Below, one piece after another: positions 34,937-45,042 of a stretch of DNA of 64,000 nucleotides. The stretch is from Naegleria gruberi. Its lineage: Eukaryota. The notes below the pieces were generated by a model. It saw only the letters and a list, made by a program, of their open reading frames with translations. It was not told the DNA's origin and ran no database searches. The first letter of the stretch is position 1; every line of letters begins with the position of its first letter. The stretch lies in assembly GCA_000004985.1 (NCBI GenBank), contig GG738876.1, one strand, 5' to 3'. The position numbers were made by a program, and so were the translations under genes.

Positions 34937-36867
34937 TTAGTCGATATCCACATCTTCAAACTTTGGTTGAGCTGTGCTCGAAGTAGTTGGTCCACTGCCA
35001 CTAGAAGGGCCATAACCTCCTGGTGTTTGTTGTTGTTGAGCTTCTCCTTGATATAATTTGGTGATAATTGGAGCACATTTGTTTTCCAAATCCTTCTTTC
35101 TTCTTTCAATTTCGTCCTTTGAGGCCATGTTATTATTGTCAATCCAATTCATTGCTTCTTCACAGGCCTTCTTGATGACATTCTTGTCAGATTCTGAGAG
35201 TTTACCAGATAGATTTGGATCTTCTGTTGTTGATTTCATTTGGTAGGCGTAGGATTCGAATTGATTCTTGGAATCAATCTTTTCTCTCATTTCCTTATCT
35301 TCTTGTTCCATGTCTTTGGCCTTTCTCAACATTTCTTCAATTTCCTCCTTACTGAGACGACCCTTCTCATTGGTAATTGTAATGTTTTGAGTTTTACCAG
35401 ATGAAGTGTCCTTTGCTCCAACTTTCATGATACCATTAGAGTCAATTTCAAAGAAAACTTCAATCTTTGGTACGCCTCTTGGTGCAGGTGGAATTCCTTC
35501 CAAATTGAATTTACCCAACAAGTGATTATCCTTTGTTAATGTTCTCTCACCTTCAAAAACTTGAATAGTGACAGCTGTTTGATTATCAGAGTAGGTGGTA
35601 AACATTTCTGATTTCTTACATGGAATAGTTGTATTTCTCTCAATCAATTTAGCCATTACACCACCAGCAGTTTCAATACCCAAACTCAAAGGAGTCACAT
35701 CAATCAAAAGTACCTTAGTTTCCTTACCAGTCAAAACACCAGCTTGAACAGCAGCACCATAAGCAACAGCTTCATCAGGATTGATGGACTTACAGAGCTC
35801 CTTACCATTGAAGAATTCCTTAAGCATTTCTTGAACCTTTGGAATACGAGTTGAACCACCGACCAAGACAACATCATCAATTTGTGCCTTGTCCAAACCA
35901 GAATCTTGGAGAACCTTCTTAACTGGTTCGAAACAATTTCTGAACATATCCATATTCAATTGTTCGAATTTGGCTCTAGTCATTGGAATGTCCAAGTCAA
36001 TTCCATCAACAATTGAATCAACATTGATAGTTGAAGTGGAGGCAGATGACAAGTTTCTCTTTGTTCTTTCACAAGCAGTTCTCAATCTTCTCAAAGCTCT
36101 TGGATTATCATGAACGTCTCTTCTATACTTTCTCTTGAATTCTGTACAGCAGTATTCCACCATTCTTGAATCGAAATCTTCACCACCCAAGTGAGTATCA
36201 CCAGCAGTAGCTTTCACCTCAAAAACACCATCTTCAATATTTAGGATTGATACATCAAATGTACCACCACCCAAATCGAAAATCAAAACATACTTCTCAT
36301 CCTTCTTATTTAACCCATAGGCAATTGCAGCAGCTGTTGGTTCATTGATAATTCTCAAAACTTCTAGACCTGCAATTTGACCTGCATCCTTAGTGGCTTG
36401 TCTTTGAGAATCGTTAAAGTAAGCTGGAACAGTGACAACTGCCTTTTGGACCTTCTTTCCAACGTATTGTTCTGCAATATCTTTCATTTTGGTCAAGACC
36501 ATGGATGAGATTTGTTCTGGTGTGAAAATATGAGATTCTCCCTTGTACTCAACTGAATATATGGTTTATCATCTCCTTTGGTAATTACTTTGAAAGGCCA
36601 ATGCTTAATATCATTCTGAACACTTGTATCACTGAATTTTCTACCAATCAGACGTTTAGCATCAAACACTGTATTATGAGGATTCATTGCAACTTGATTT
36701 TTGGCAGCATCACCAATCAAACGTTCATCATCGGTGAATGCAACATAGGAGGGTGTAGTTCTATTACCTTGATCATTGGGTATAATCTCTACATTATCTC
36801 CCATATAAACACCAACACATGAATAAGTAGTACCCAAGTCAATTCCAATTGCTCCGTCAAATGACAT
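34937..36867 (-). CDS. Hsp70 family chaperone (cytosolic type) with an apparent 1-bp frameshift near 36553
   Basis: ORFs 36493..36867 ([20 protein letters not shown]...) and 34937..36502 (...[12 protein letters not shown]...) together cover a complete Hsp70. The frame breaks inside the conserved KPYIQ|VEYKGE segment. The sequence reads ATTCAGTTGAGTAC where ATTCAGGTTGAGTAC is expected, so one base is missing at plus position ~36553. The C-terminus ends FEDVDID (EEVD-like). This is either a pseudogenised paralogue or a sequence error. Confidence 0.7.
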
Positions 36868-37283
36868 TTTGTTTCAATTTTTTTGATCTTTAAATTGCAA
36901 CCACCTTAACATTGTGTGAATATTTAAAGAAAAGAGCCAAAACTATTGTTAGATTTCGGAATTAAGCTTTTGATTCCGAACTTTAAATTCCTCAACCAGC
37001 AACCCTATTCTTTCCAATTATAGAAAATTTCTTTTTCTATTATTCATAAGATAATTTCATTCCGATTGTTCAACCTCAATAAGCATCTTTTTCATTCCGA
37101 TGCCATCACAGCAATATGCACCTTGATGAAAATCATCAAAACAATTTTCTTCGTTCCCTTTCAAATAACAAATCAATTTGAAATCTATCAAAGGTGTCTT
37201 CCATTTTCTTGAATGTGTTGCCTTTCTATTTTTATCATTTCCCTCCTTTTCGAAAAACCAATTTGAAAAAAAACGTCAACACA

Positions 37284-37724
37284 ATGCCTCCTTCCAGTTC
37301 ACCTTCGACCAATCAGCACCCTCAGAAAGTTCTTGCATTGCAAGAATTGGATACAACAACAAACTCTGTTTCATCTTCTTCTTCGGGTGGTGTAAAGACG
37401 AGTGGTAGTAGCACTCCTACAACATCAAATAATAAGAATACATCAACATCCGATCAAAAAGTTCCAACACCATCCAAAAAGAATGCAAAGCAACAACAGC
37501 CTCCACAACCTGCCTCCAAAAAGACTATTTCCCTCAAAACTAAAATTGCATTCAGGTTTGGTACGTTTAGCAAGGTACCAATCTTGTCGAGTATTGTCAG
37601 ATCAAATCCTGTACTTGTCAAACTTATCAATCCAAAGACATACAATAGAATCAAGATCAAGACTATTAGAAAGGATAACAAGACTATTATTGTTATCAGT
37701 AAGAGAAAGTTATTCAAGCCTTAA
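37284..37724 (+). CDS. Hypothetical S/T/P-rich basic protein (about 146 aa)
   Basis: ATG at 37284 inside track ORF 37194..37724. Low-complexity composition; the weakest gene call in the window. Confidence 0.3.
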   Translation: MPPSSSPSTNQHPQKVLALQELDTTTNSVSSSSSGGVKTSGSSTPTTSNNKNTSTSDQKVPTPSKKNAKQQQPPQPASKKTISLKTKIAFRFGTFSKVPILSSIVRSNPVLVKLINPKTYNRIKIKTIRKDNKTIIVISKRKLFKP

Positions 37725-38815
37725 GTATCCACTGTAATTCTTTTCAAATGAGGAAAGTTGTTAATAAGGCTCTTCTTCACTTCGAATAGAATATCATTAT
37801 GACTAATATCGAGTGTTGTCAAGTTTGATAATTTGAATAGAGGCATTGGAAGTTTGATATTCCAATCCAATTCATTGCATCTAATATTTAGAAAGGTTAA
37901 ATTGCCAAGATTATTACTATTGGCAATATGTTTCAGTGAATCATTTCCAATAGAATTATATTCCAAATGTAAATTCCTCAAATTACTCATTAACTTGCTA
38001 TCCACAATTGACTTGACTCCATTTGAACCAATATTATTATGACTCAAATCCAGAAAAGTCAATCCATTAAGAATTTTAGCTTCTGAAATGAATTTGGCAC
38101 CTTTACAATCAATTCTATTGCAAGATAAATTGAGATGAGTTATGTGAGATAATTTTCCATCCACAAGATATTTGAGACCCTCACTCTCAATATGATTATA
38201 CTTTAGCAGAAGGGTCTGAACAGAGACAAGTCCATCACTGCTCATCAGAGCTTTCATTCCCTCAATTCCCAACATGTTATGATTCAAATCCAAATACGTG
38301 AGTTTATCAAATGATCCTCCAGATAATAATTTTGCACCCTTCTCCTCAATTTGATTTCCACCCAATTTCAAACTATTTAATTGTTTTGCCAATCGACTCA
38401 TACTAATACTCTCAATAATATTGTCATCAATTTTCTCAAAATACAACCGATAGAAATCTGATAAATTCAATTCATTCAAACTGTCCCAAGTATCGTTATC
38501 ATCATCATTCCGAAATATTTCCATCAATTGTTTGTTTACTTCTTCGGGTTGATTTTTAGAGAAGAAACACAGCTTTTCAATATATTTAAATTTCCCCAAT
38601 TTACAACATGAAACAAAAGATTCCAAATCATCATCACATGATACAATACTCGTTCTTGTCCGCATTACTAACTGATTCCAATATTTGCAAACCAAAGATA
38701 AGCTTGCAAATAATTCCTTCCCATCCAAATATCGGAATATATGAATAGTAAATAATTCAGAGGGCAAGTGATGTATCGTTGAGAGTTGTTGATCGTAATG
38801 AATGAAAACTACCAT
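37721..38815 (-). CDS. F-box/LRR-repeat protein (RNI-like), 364 aa
   Basis: F-box at residues ~16-50 (LPSELFTIHIFRYLDGKELFASLSLVCKYWNQLV). It is followed by about 8 RNI-type leucine-rich repeats (LDLSHNNIGSNGVKSI...). Single exon. Confidence 0.8.
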   Translation of the reverse strand: MVVFIHYDQQLSTIHHLPSELFTIHIFRYLDGKELFASLSLVCKYWNQLVMRTRTSIVSCDDDLESFVSCCKLGKFKYIEKLCFFSKNQPEEVNKQLMEIFRNDDDNDTWDSLNELNLSDFYRLYFEKIDDNIIESISMSRLAKQLNSLKLGGNQIEEKGAKLLSGGSFDKLTYLDLNHNMLGIEGMKALMSSDGLVSVQTLLLKYNHIESEGLKYLVDGKLSHITHLNLSCNRIDCKGAKFISEAKILNGLTFLDLSHNNIGSNGVKSIVDSKLMSNLRNLHLEYNSIGNDSLKHIANSNNLGNLTFLNIRCNELDWNIKLPMPLFKLSNLTTLDISHNDILFEVKKSLINNFPHLKRITVDT

Positions 38816-39111
38816 GATGATGACACTGCTGTTTTGTTATTTGTATTTTTTTTGATTGGATTTCAATTCGGAATTGTATTATTAAATGAGCTTGTCAACT
38901 AATAGTAAGCAATTTTGGTATTAATTCTTTTACAATATTCGTAAATCAATAATTAGAAATAAGAAAAATATCACACGAGATCTACTAATTCATCAAGTTC
39001 TTTAAGAAATCCCAACAAGTTCTCATCCTAAAAACACGTTTTTGATTACAATTAATATTATTACAAATAAAGGCCTTAATAAAATAATTTAAAAATAATA
39101 TCTAAAAAAAA

Positions 39112-39969
39112 ATGGCAACAATTCAACAAGAACGTGAAATGATGTCGGTTGCTTCTCCTTCCGATGATCATCACAATAGTGCGGATGATGAGCAACAGGA
39201 ATTACCTTCACAACAAAATAATTATACAAATAATAATATTAACAAGGAAAATGTTGATTTGGAATCACAATTAGAACCATTGAAGGGTCCTGGTTTTTAT
39301 CCACAACAAGAAATTAATTGGCAAGCTATTGGAAACTTTTCGGGTATTGAACATCAAGTGAGACACAAGTTGAGAAGTATTTATTTAATTTTGGCTGGTA
39401 CAGTTTTGATGAGTACGTTGGGATCTGGTTTGGCAGTTTATTTCAGATTAGAACCATCTCTTCTTTATACAATTGTTGCTTTCGGATTTATGATTTATGT
39501 GGCAGTTACGAGCTCTTTGGCTGGATTGTTATTATTTGGTTTGACTATTGGATTGGAAATTGGACCTGCAATCAGAATGATTATGGAAGAAATTGATCCA
39601 AACCTTCCAATATTTGCTCTTGGAGCAACTTGTGTAGTATTTGCATGTTTTTCAGTTTTTGCTCATTTTTCTAAACGTAGAAGCATGCTGTACTTGGGTG
39701 GTATTTTGTCAAGTTTCCTCTCAGTTTTAATGTGGACTCTTTTATTTAGTTTCGTATTTGGAAGTTTTGCACTGTATGATATTTTGTCAATTTATGGAGG
39801 ACTTTTCATGTTTTGTGGTTTCATTGTTTTTGACACACAGCTCATTATTGAAAGACTACATGCTGGTGACAATGACCTCGTTAAAATGAGTTATCAATTA
39901 TTCATTGATTTCATTGCAATCTTTTTGAGAATTCTCATCATTTTGGCTAAGAGAAAATCAAAGGATTAA
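39112..39969 (+). CDS. Bax inhibitor-1 / TMBIM family membrane protein (Lifeguard/GAAP-like)
   Basis: 285 aa with 7 predicted TM helices. The C-terminal signature ...YQLFIDFIAIFLRILIILAKRK is typical of the TMBIM/BI-1 family. Confidence 0.75.
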   Translation: MATIQQEREMMSVASPSDDHHNSADDEQQELPSQQNNYTNNNINKENVDLESQLEPLKGPGFYPQQEINWQAIGNFSGIEHQVRHKLRSIYLILAGTVLMSTLGSGLAVYFRLEPSLLYTIVAFGFMIYVAVTSSLAGLLLFGLTIGLEIGPAIRMIMEEIDPNLPIFALGATCVVFACFSVFAHFSKRRSMLYLGGILSSFLSVLMWTLLFSFVFGSFALYDILSIYGGLFMFCGFIVFDTQLIIERLHAGDNDLVKMSYQLFIDFIAIFLRILIILAKRKSKD

Positions 39970-40482
39970 CCTGTAAATAACCCATTGTAAATAAACTCTA
40001 ACCTCTTCATTAATTCTCAGGCAGAGTCGTCTTTTCTTAGCAAATGAACATGTTAGTTGCACAAGGATAATTAATTGAGTTCTATTGCATTCTTATGAAT
40101 ATTTTTGAATATATGAGATTGTGTTGTTGGGTATTCAGTTGTTTGAATCTTTGGGAATGTAAGTGCCTTTTTTGTAACAAACGAGATTTGTAACCAGTGT
40201 TTCTAACAAACCTATCATAGGAGAAAATCTCTATTAATCCCTCTCAAAATAAAAAGCAACACAATTAAAACCTTGAAACATATGCACGACGACTCTAGTG
40301 CATACACTGGTATGCCGTGAGGTTTTCAAAGTTTAAAACTGGATACAAAATTGCACAAAAGAGCCAAATTAATAAATGCATTTTAATATTTATTTAACAA
40401 TTATTAATATTTAACTATTAAAACTGTCTAAACTTTATTCATCAATCCACACCAATAAGAAATTTTGATCCTAATAAAAATA

Positions 40483-41629
40483 ATGGCTTTTCATGGTCAT
40501 GTAATATTAATATTGGATGATAGTTTTACGGAGGGAATTTATTCAAGCTGGATGACTTGTTTTAATTCAATGAAAATTCAACATGCTATTAAATCCTTTC
40601 AAACAATAGCCTTGTTTGATTCGGAAGTTATAAAAGATGATCAAAATGTTGTTAATCTTCTTCCTCAACAAGGAATTGCAACTTGTGTGAAGTATGTACA
40701 AATAATATTAATAATAATTTTAATATTAATAATTGAAATCATTCATAAACAGACCCTATTATAATTGTTTGATATTTGAAAATCATATTAAGCCAATAAT
40801 TGAAAAAGTGGTGGATGGTTATGATGGATGCTTGGCTATTTTATGTAAAGGTATGTTTATTAGTGTGAGTTGTGGGAGATATTCTAATTGTATTAGGCGA
40901 TAGGAAACATAGGTTCTTGTATGTAATTAGCTCATTCACTTCCATTAATTCAAAAATAGAGGAGAAAATGACTTGGTATTTAAAAGTTTTGACTCTTTAA
41001 TTGAAATCTTGAAAAAGAGAAAAAAAGATTTTACACTAGGAATGGAATTGTATGCTATTTATGGAGATGAATTATATGATTCTTCTAAAAAATGGAATAG
41101 TTCTGATAGATTGATTAAAATAAGGGAATTTAGAGAAAATCCTGGCCACTTGAATTTATTGAATTGTGATAGAAAATCTGTAAACAATATTGAGGAAATT
41201 TGTAAGGAATTAGAGAATGCCTGTTTAAATAATCTAGCCTATATAACAGCATGTTCACTGACTAGCAGACGTTTAATATACGGATGTAGACTTTTTGTGG
41301 AACAGATAGAAGACAATTCTGTGAAAAAGAGCATGTTTGAAATATTTGATATACCAATTAGTGATCATCAAGAGGATAGACATTACATTAAATTACAAAG
41401 GTATCAAAAATGTCTCTGGGTTATTGCTCACACCATCGGGCGCAGGGAAAAAGAGAATATATCTTATATACCATACCGAGACTCAAAGCTTACCAGACTC
41501 ATGACGAACTACCTTGGTGGAAATTCATATTCAGCAATGATATTCGATAATTTTGAGGATATTAGGATTCTAAAGATGTTTGGTTCCATTAAAAACAATG
41601 CTTGCATCAACAAGAACTCTGATATTTGA
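40483..41629 (+). CDS. Degenerate kinesin-like motor-domain protein lacking catalytic motifs (pseudo-kinesin or pseudogene)
   Basis: Approximate structure join(40483..40691, 40753..40850, 40965..41629). The last intron needs a weak GAG acceptor, because the obvious TAG acceptor gives a stop after 12 codons. The C-terminal part keeps the kinesin neck-linker/alpha6 signature [21 protein letters not shown] and the overall motor order. The catalytic motifs are not conserved: the P-loop GQTGSGKT reads GCLAILCKG, switch I SSRSH reads SLTSRR, and switch II DLAGSE reads DIPISD. There is no stalk or tail. Confidence 0.4.
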
Positions 41630-42682
41630 AATTTCCATTCTTTAAGAATTGTCTCAAAAGGAATATTAACTTGTCCTAGGATGTTTTTGAAGATCAATAA
41701 AAGAAAGAGGAAGAACAAGATTGAGGATGATCAGGAAGTTGATCAAGAGGATGAAGGTCAAGATGAGAAGATGAGTGAAGAGAACCAACAGCAGCAATAC
41801 GAGGGGAATCCTAAAAGAGGAACAATCCCGCAACTATGGAAACACGTTTAAGAGAGGAGGAAAAGGATGATCCTATTTATTCCGTTCCTAATCTGTTTTG
41901 TTATTCACCTACTCGGGAAGCTTAGATCGCTCCTTAACTGATTAGTAATTCGAATAGGTATTTGCTTATGCGACCTAAAATTGTTGCATAATTTTCTCTC
42001 AGCACTTGGATTAAGAGTTGTAAGGATTTTCCATTATTAACTGCAAGTTGAACTAATAATATAAATATAGTTAAATTGACTATTAGTTCTTTATTGAGGT
42101 TAGTGTTTTCTAATATCCATCAAGAGGAAGAGATTCCTTTGAGGAATTGTTACCGAAATTAAGGAAAACAATTCTTATTGTGCACTTTACAAGCAAACAG
42201 ATTAACAAAACAGAACTTTGCCCAAAACGTAGTTCATTACCAAATCCAATCCTCACCATTTTAGTACGTGAACATTAATCAACGGTACTACACTTGCCAA
42301 GTACACAGCAAGTAAGCAAGGCAAGCAATCGCTTCCTTCTTGTTTAACAGTTTGTATAAAAACTTATCAAGGTTTTCCTTAATGCCTTGCGTGAAAGAAG
42401 CAAACGTCTATTTAAAGTTCTTTTATGGTTTAATTCGGCCTTAATTGCTTGAATTTTAACAAGTCCAGCCATCAAAACACAAATAAGGTAAAGGTAATCA
42501 CATCATTACGATAGCAATAGCGATACAAAAAGAGCCAAACATTGGAGTGGGTTTGCCTTCGAATCATTTGGCATTTTCTAAGTGCTCTCACAAAAAGAAA
42601 CTCCTCACCATCACTACCTCAGTTTCCCTTCCTCAATACTACTACTACTGCTGGCACTACAATCAATATAATCAAAGGCCTC

Positions 42683-43729
42683 ATGTCTATAAATTCCTCA
42701 ATAGTAAATTCTGCTGTTGTTGACAGTCCTCCTCGTCGTTGTGTTGATTCTCCCTCTTCATCTACCACATCAATATCAACATATACCGATAATAGTGATG
42801 AGAATAACTGCTTATTTCTCCCTCTTCGACCATCTCCAACTAGTCCACCTCAAAAATCTCAAGAGCAGCATCATGTTGAACCACATGCAAATAACAATTC
42901 CTCAACTGTTATAGAAATATCGGATGCTGCTACCCCAAACATGATTGTTTCTTCTCCACATCTTGAACCATGTAAATCTAGCTCATCACTCAATAGTACA
43001 ACAACAACATCAAGTAGTGGAACCATTTCATCTCAACAAGTTGGGCATGCCGAAGCAAGCAGTACACTAGCAGCAACATCTTTCCTTACATTCACTCCTC
43101 AGAATGCAGAAATCATCAAGCCAAAACGAACCAACAAGGCATGCACAGCTTGTAAATCTGCTCACAAAAAGTGCTCAAATACACGACCATGCACAAGGTG
43201 CATTTCCTTAAACAGAGAGGACAAGTGTGTAGACATGGACTCTGGGAGAAAACGAGGCAGGAGGGCTAATACACCTCGATCTGGAGGGTTACTAGTACAT
43301 AATTATGATCCCCATAATCCTTTTGTGTCTGGAAAGCCAAATACAGTTGTGTTTTCATTGCAACATGCAATTAATGAGGATCCTGGGAGCCATCATAAAC
43401 CATCCAAAAAGGTAAAACAAATTCCAACCTTACATGCTCCTGACATGTCCAATAATAATAATCATCATGCAACAAATGAACCCATAGGGCATGTAGATGT
43501 ACCACATGCTACTAACATGTTAAATCACACAAACATGCTTTATCCAACCTCTCATCATTTTTCAACACCATCTCATCATACTGATAATTTATCAACACCA
43601 TATCAGCATGCATCTCATTCTACCTCATCAACAATTCAAACAAGTCAAAAAACTCTTCCATCCATTAATGAATTAACAGAATGCAAAAATATTCTGTCGA
43701 ATTCTCAATCAGTTTTTTACCATCAATAA
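42683..43729 (+). CDS. Zn(II)2Cys6 binuclear-cluster (GAL4-type) DNA-binding protein, S/T/H-rich
   Basis: The track ORF starts at a TTG; the first ATG is at 42683. CTACKSAHKKCSNTRPCTRCISLNREDKC fits the CX2CX6CX5CX2CX8C pattern. It is followed by the basic KRGRRANTPRSG segment and has low-complexity flanks. Confidence 0.65.
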   Translation: MSINSSIVNSAVVDSPPRRCVDSPSSSTTSISTYTDNSDENNCLFLPLRPSPTSPPQKSQEQHHVEPHANNNSSTVIEISDAATPNMIVSSPHLEPCKSSSSLNSTTTTSSSGTISSQQVGHAEASSTLAATSFLTFTPQNAEIIKPKRTNKACTACKSAHKKCSNTRPCTRCISLNREDKCVDMDSGRKRGRRANTPRSGGLLVHNYDPHNPFVSGKPNTVVFSLQHAINEDPGSHHKPSKKVKQIPTLHAPDMSNNNNHHATNEPIGHVDVPHATNMLNHTNMLYPTSHHFSTPSHHTDNLSTPYQHASHSTSSTIQTSQKTLPSINELTECKNILSNSQSVFYHQ

Positions 43730-43758
43730 CATATGCATGCATTTCAAAGTATTTTTGC

Positions 43759-44904
43759 TTAATCAACCATATCAAAACTCTTTGAATTTTGCTGCTTGGA
43801 AACAAATCTCTCCTCATCGAACCATGTAATGGAATTATAATTTTCCATAGTTTTCATTGGAAATTCTTCAAATTGAGCAACATCATCGAAAACAACCCTA
43901 GTCTTTCCTGATTTTTCAACTCTAATTTCAATATCAAAATTTGCAAATGTACCACTGAATATTACTACATCCTTGCTCATGTCAAAAAGTTCTGTGAGTT
44001 TCTTGGAAATTTCGCATGAATATGAAAATGCATACCATATCTTGGCTTGTTCCAAAAGTGACTGGTGGAAATTCTTTCTTTCAAATACATTCCAATCATT
44101 CCAACCAATGAATTGTCTAAAATTTTTAGCATCCTTTCCAGAACATTGAGAGTATTCATCCAAAAGATAATTGATATATTTTTGAATAGCTTCTCTAGCT
44201 CTATTCAGGCATGTGTATCTCACAAAGAGTGCATATCTTTCTGGCTTGTCCATTGGAGAAAAGAGGAATTTACCTTTCGAATTTCTATCATATTTCAATT
44301 CTGGTGGAATAATTTCCCTTCCTTCCTTTTCCACAGAAAATTTCACTCTTCTCGAATCTTCCTCATCTTCCATTTCCTCTTGCTGTTGAGAAGAGTCCAT
44401 AAAATCACTCGTCCCAACATCAATCCTAAGCTTTCTATAAAAATACAATTCATTTTCCAATTCGTATTGCTCCTTGAATTTTGCAGAGAACTTTTCCAAC
44501 ACAAAATCTTGCCACGACTTGGAAACATAAACCATACACTGCAACAAATCTTTCAATTCCAAAAATTGGCTAATCAAATTCATTATCAATGAATTCTCCA
44601 AATATTCATTCCAATTAGCATCCACATATATCGAATTTGCAATTATTTTGTACGAATCCTTCTTCTCTCCAACATTTCTCCTAGTTGAAAATTGATTAAA
44701 AGCAATCTTTTGATTTCTTGATGATGTATCAGTCTCATTCTTGGCCGAAAGGATAGATCCCTTCCCAATGACCTTCCGATTACTAACCCTCTTCTTCTCA
44801 TTCCTATCTTGTTGCTGGTGATGAGAAACGATCAACATTCCCTCACCATCATCCAACTCAATGAGTGCAGGCATTTTTTTGCTATTCGGAAATTGTTTTC
44901 TCAT
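43759..44904 (-). CDS. Hypothetical protein (381 aa)
   Basis: ATG-initiated single-exon ORF with an acidic central stretch and no recognisable domain. Confidence 0.5.
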   Translation of the reverse strand: MRKQFPNSKKMPALIELDDGEGMLIVSHHQQQDRNEKKRVSNRKVIGKGSILSAKNETDTSSRNQKIAFNQFSTRRNVGEKKDSYKIIANSIYVDANWNEYLENSLIMNLISQFLELKDLLQCMVYVSKSWQDFVLEKFSAKFKEQYELENELYFYRKLRIDVGTSDFMDSSQQQEEMEDEEDSRRVKFSVEKEGREIIPPELKYDRNSKGKFLFSPMDKPERYALFVRYTCLNRAREAIQKYINYLLDEYSQCSGKDAKNFRQFIGWNDWNVFERKNFHQSLLEQAKIWYAFSYSCEISKKLTELFDMSKDVVIFSGTFANFDIEIRVEKSGKTRVVFDDVAQFEEFPMKTMENYNSITWFDEERFVSKQQNSKSFDMVD

Positions 44905-45042
44905 TGAACATGAAGAAAACTAATAGGATATTCAACAATGTTATCATTACATCAAATAAATTAATTGATTTTGGGTGTGAAACTAATTTTCATTATTATT
45001 TGAAAATTGAAATTTAATTTTGTATTTAAAAAAATAGAAAAA

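Noticed and set aside
40973-41629. Treating track ORF 40973..41629 as a stand-alone 218-aa gene
   Set aside because: Its 'M' is a TTG. The sequence is the C-terminal two-thirds of a kinesin-like motor whose N-terminal exons lie at 40483-40850.
41669-41850. 56-codon acidic ORF (MFLKINKRKRKNK…EDDQEVDQEDEGQDE…) just downstream of the kinesin-like gene
   Set aside because: It is below the ORF-track cutoff, low-complexity and without homology cues. It could be a small gene or the tail of the kinesin-like transcript, but evidence is insufficient.
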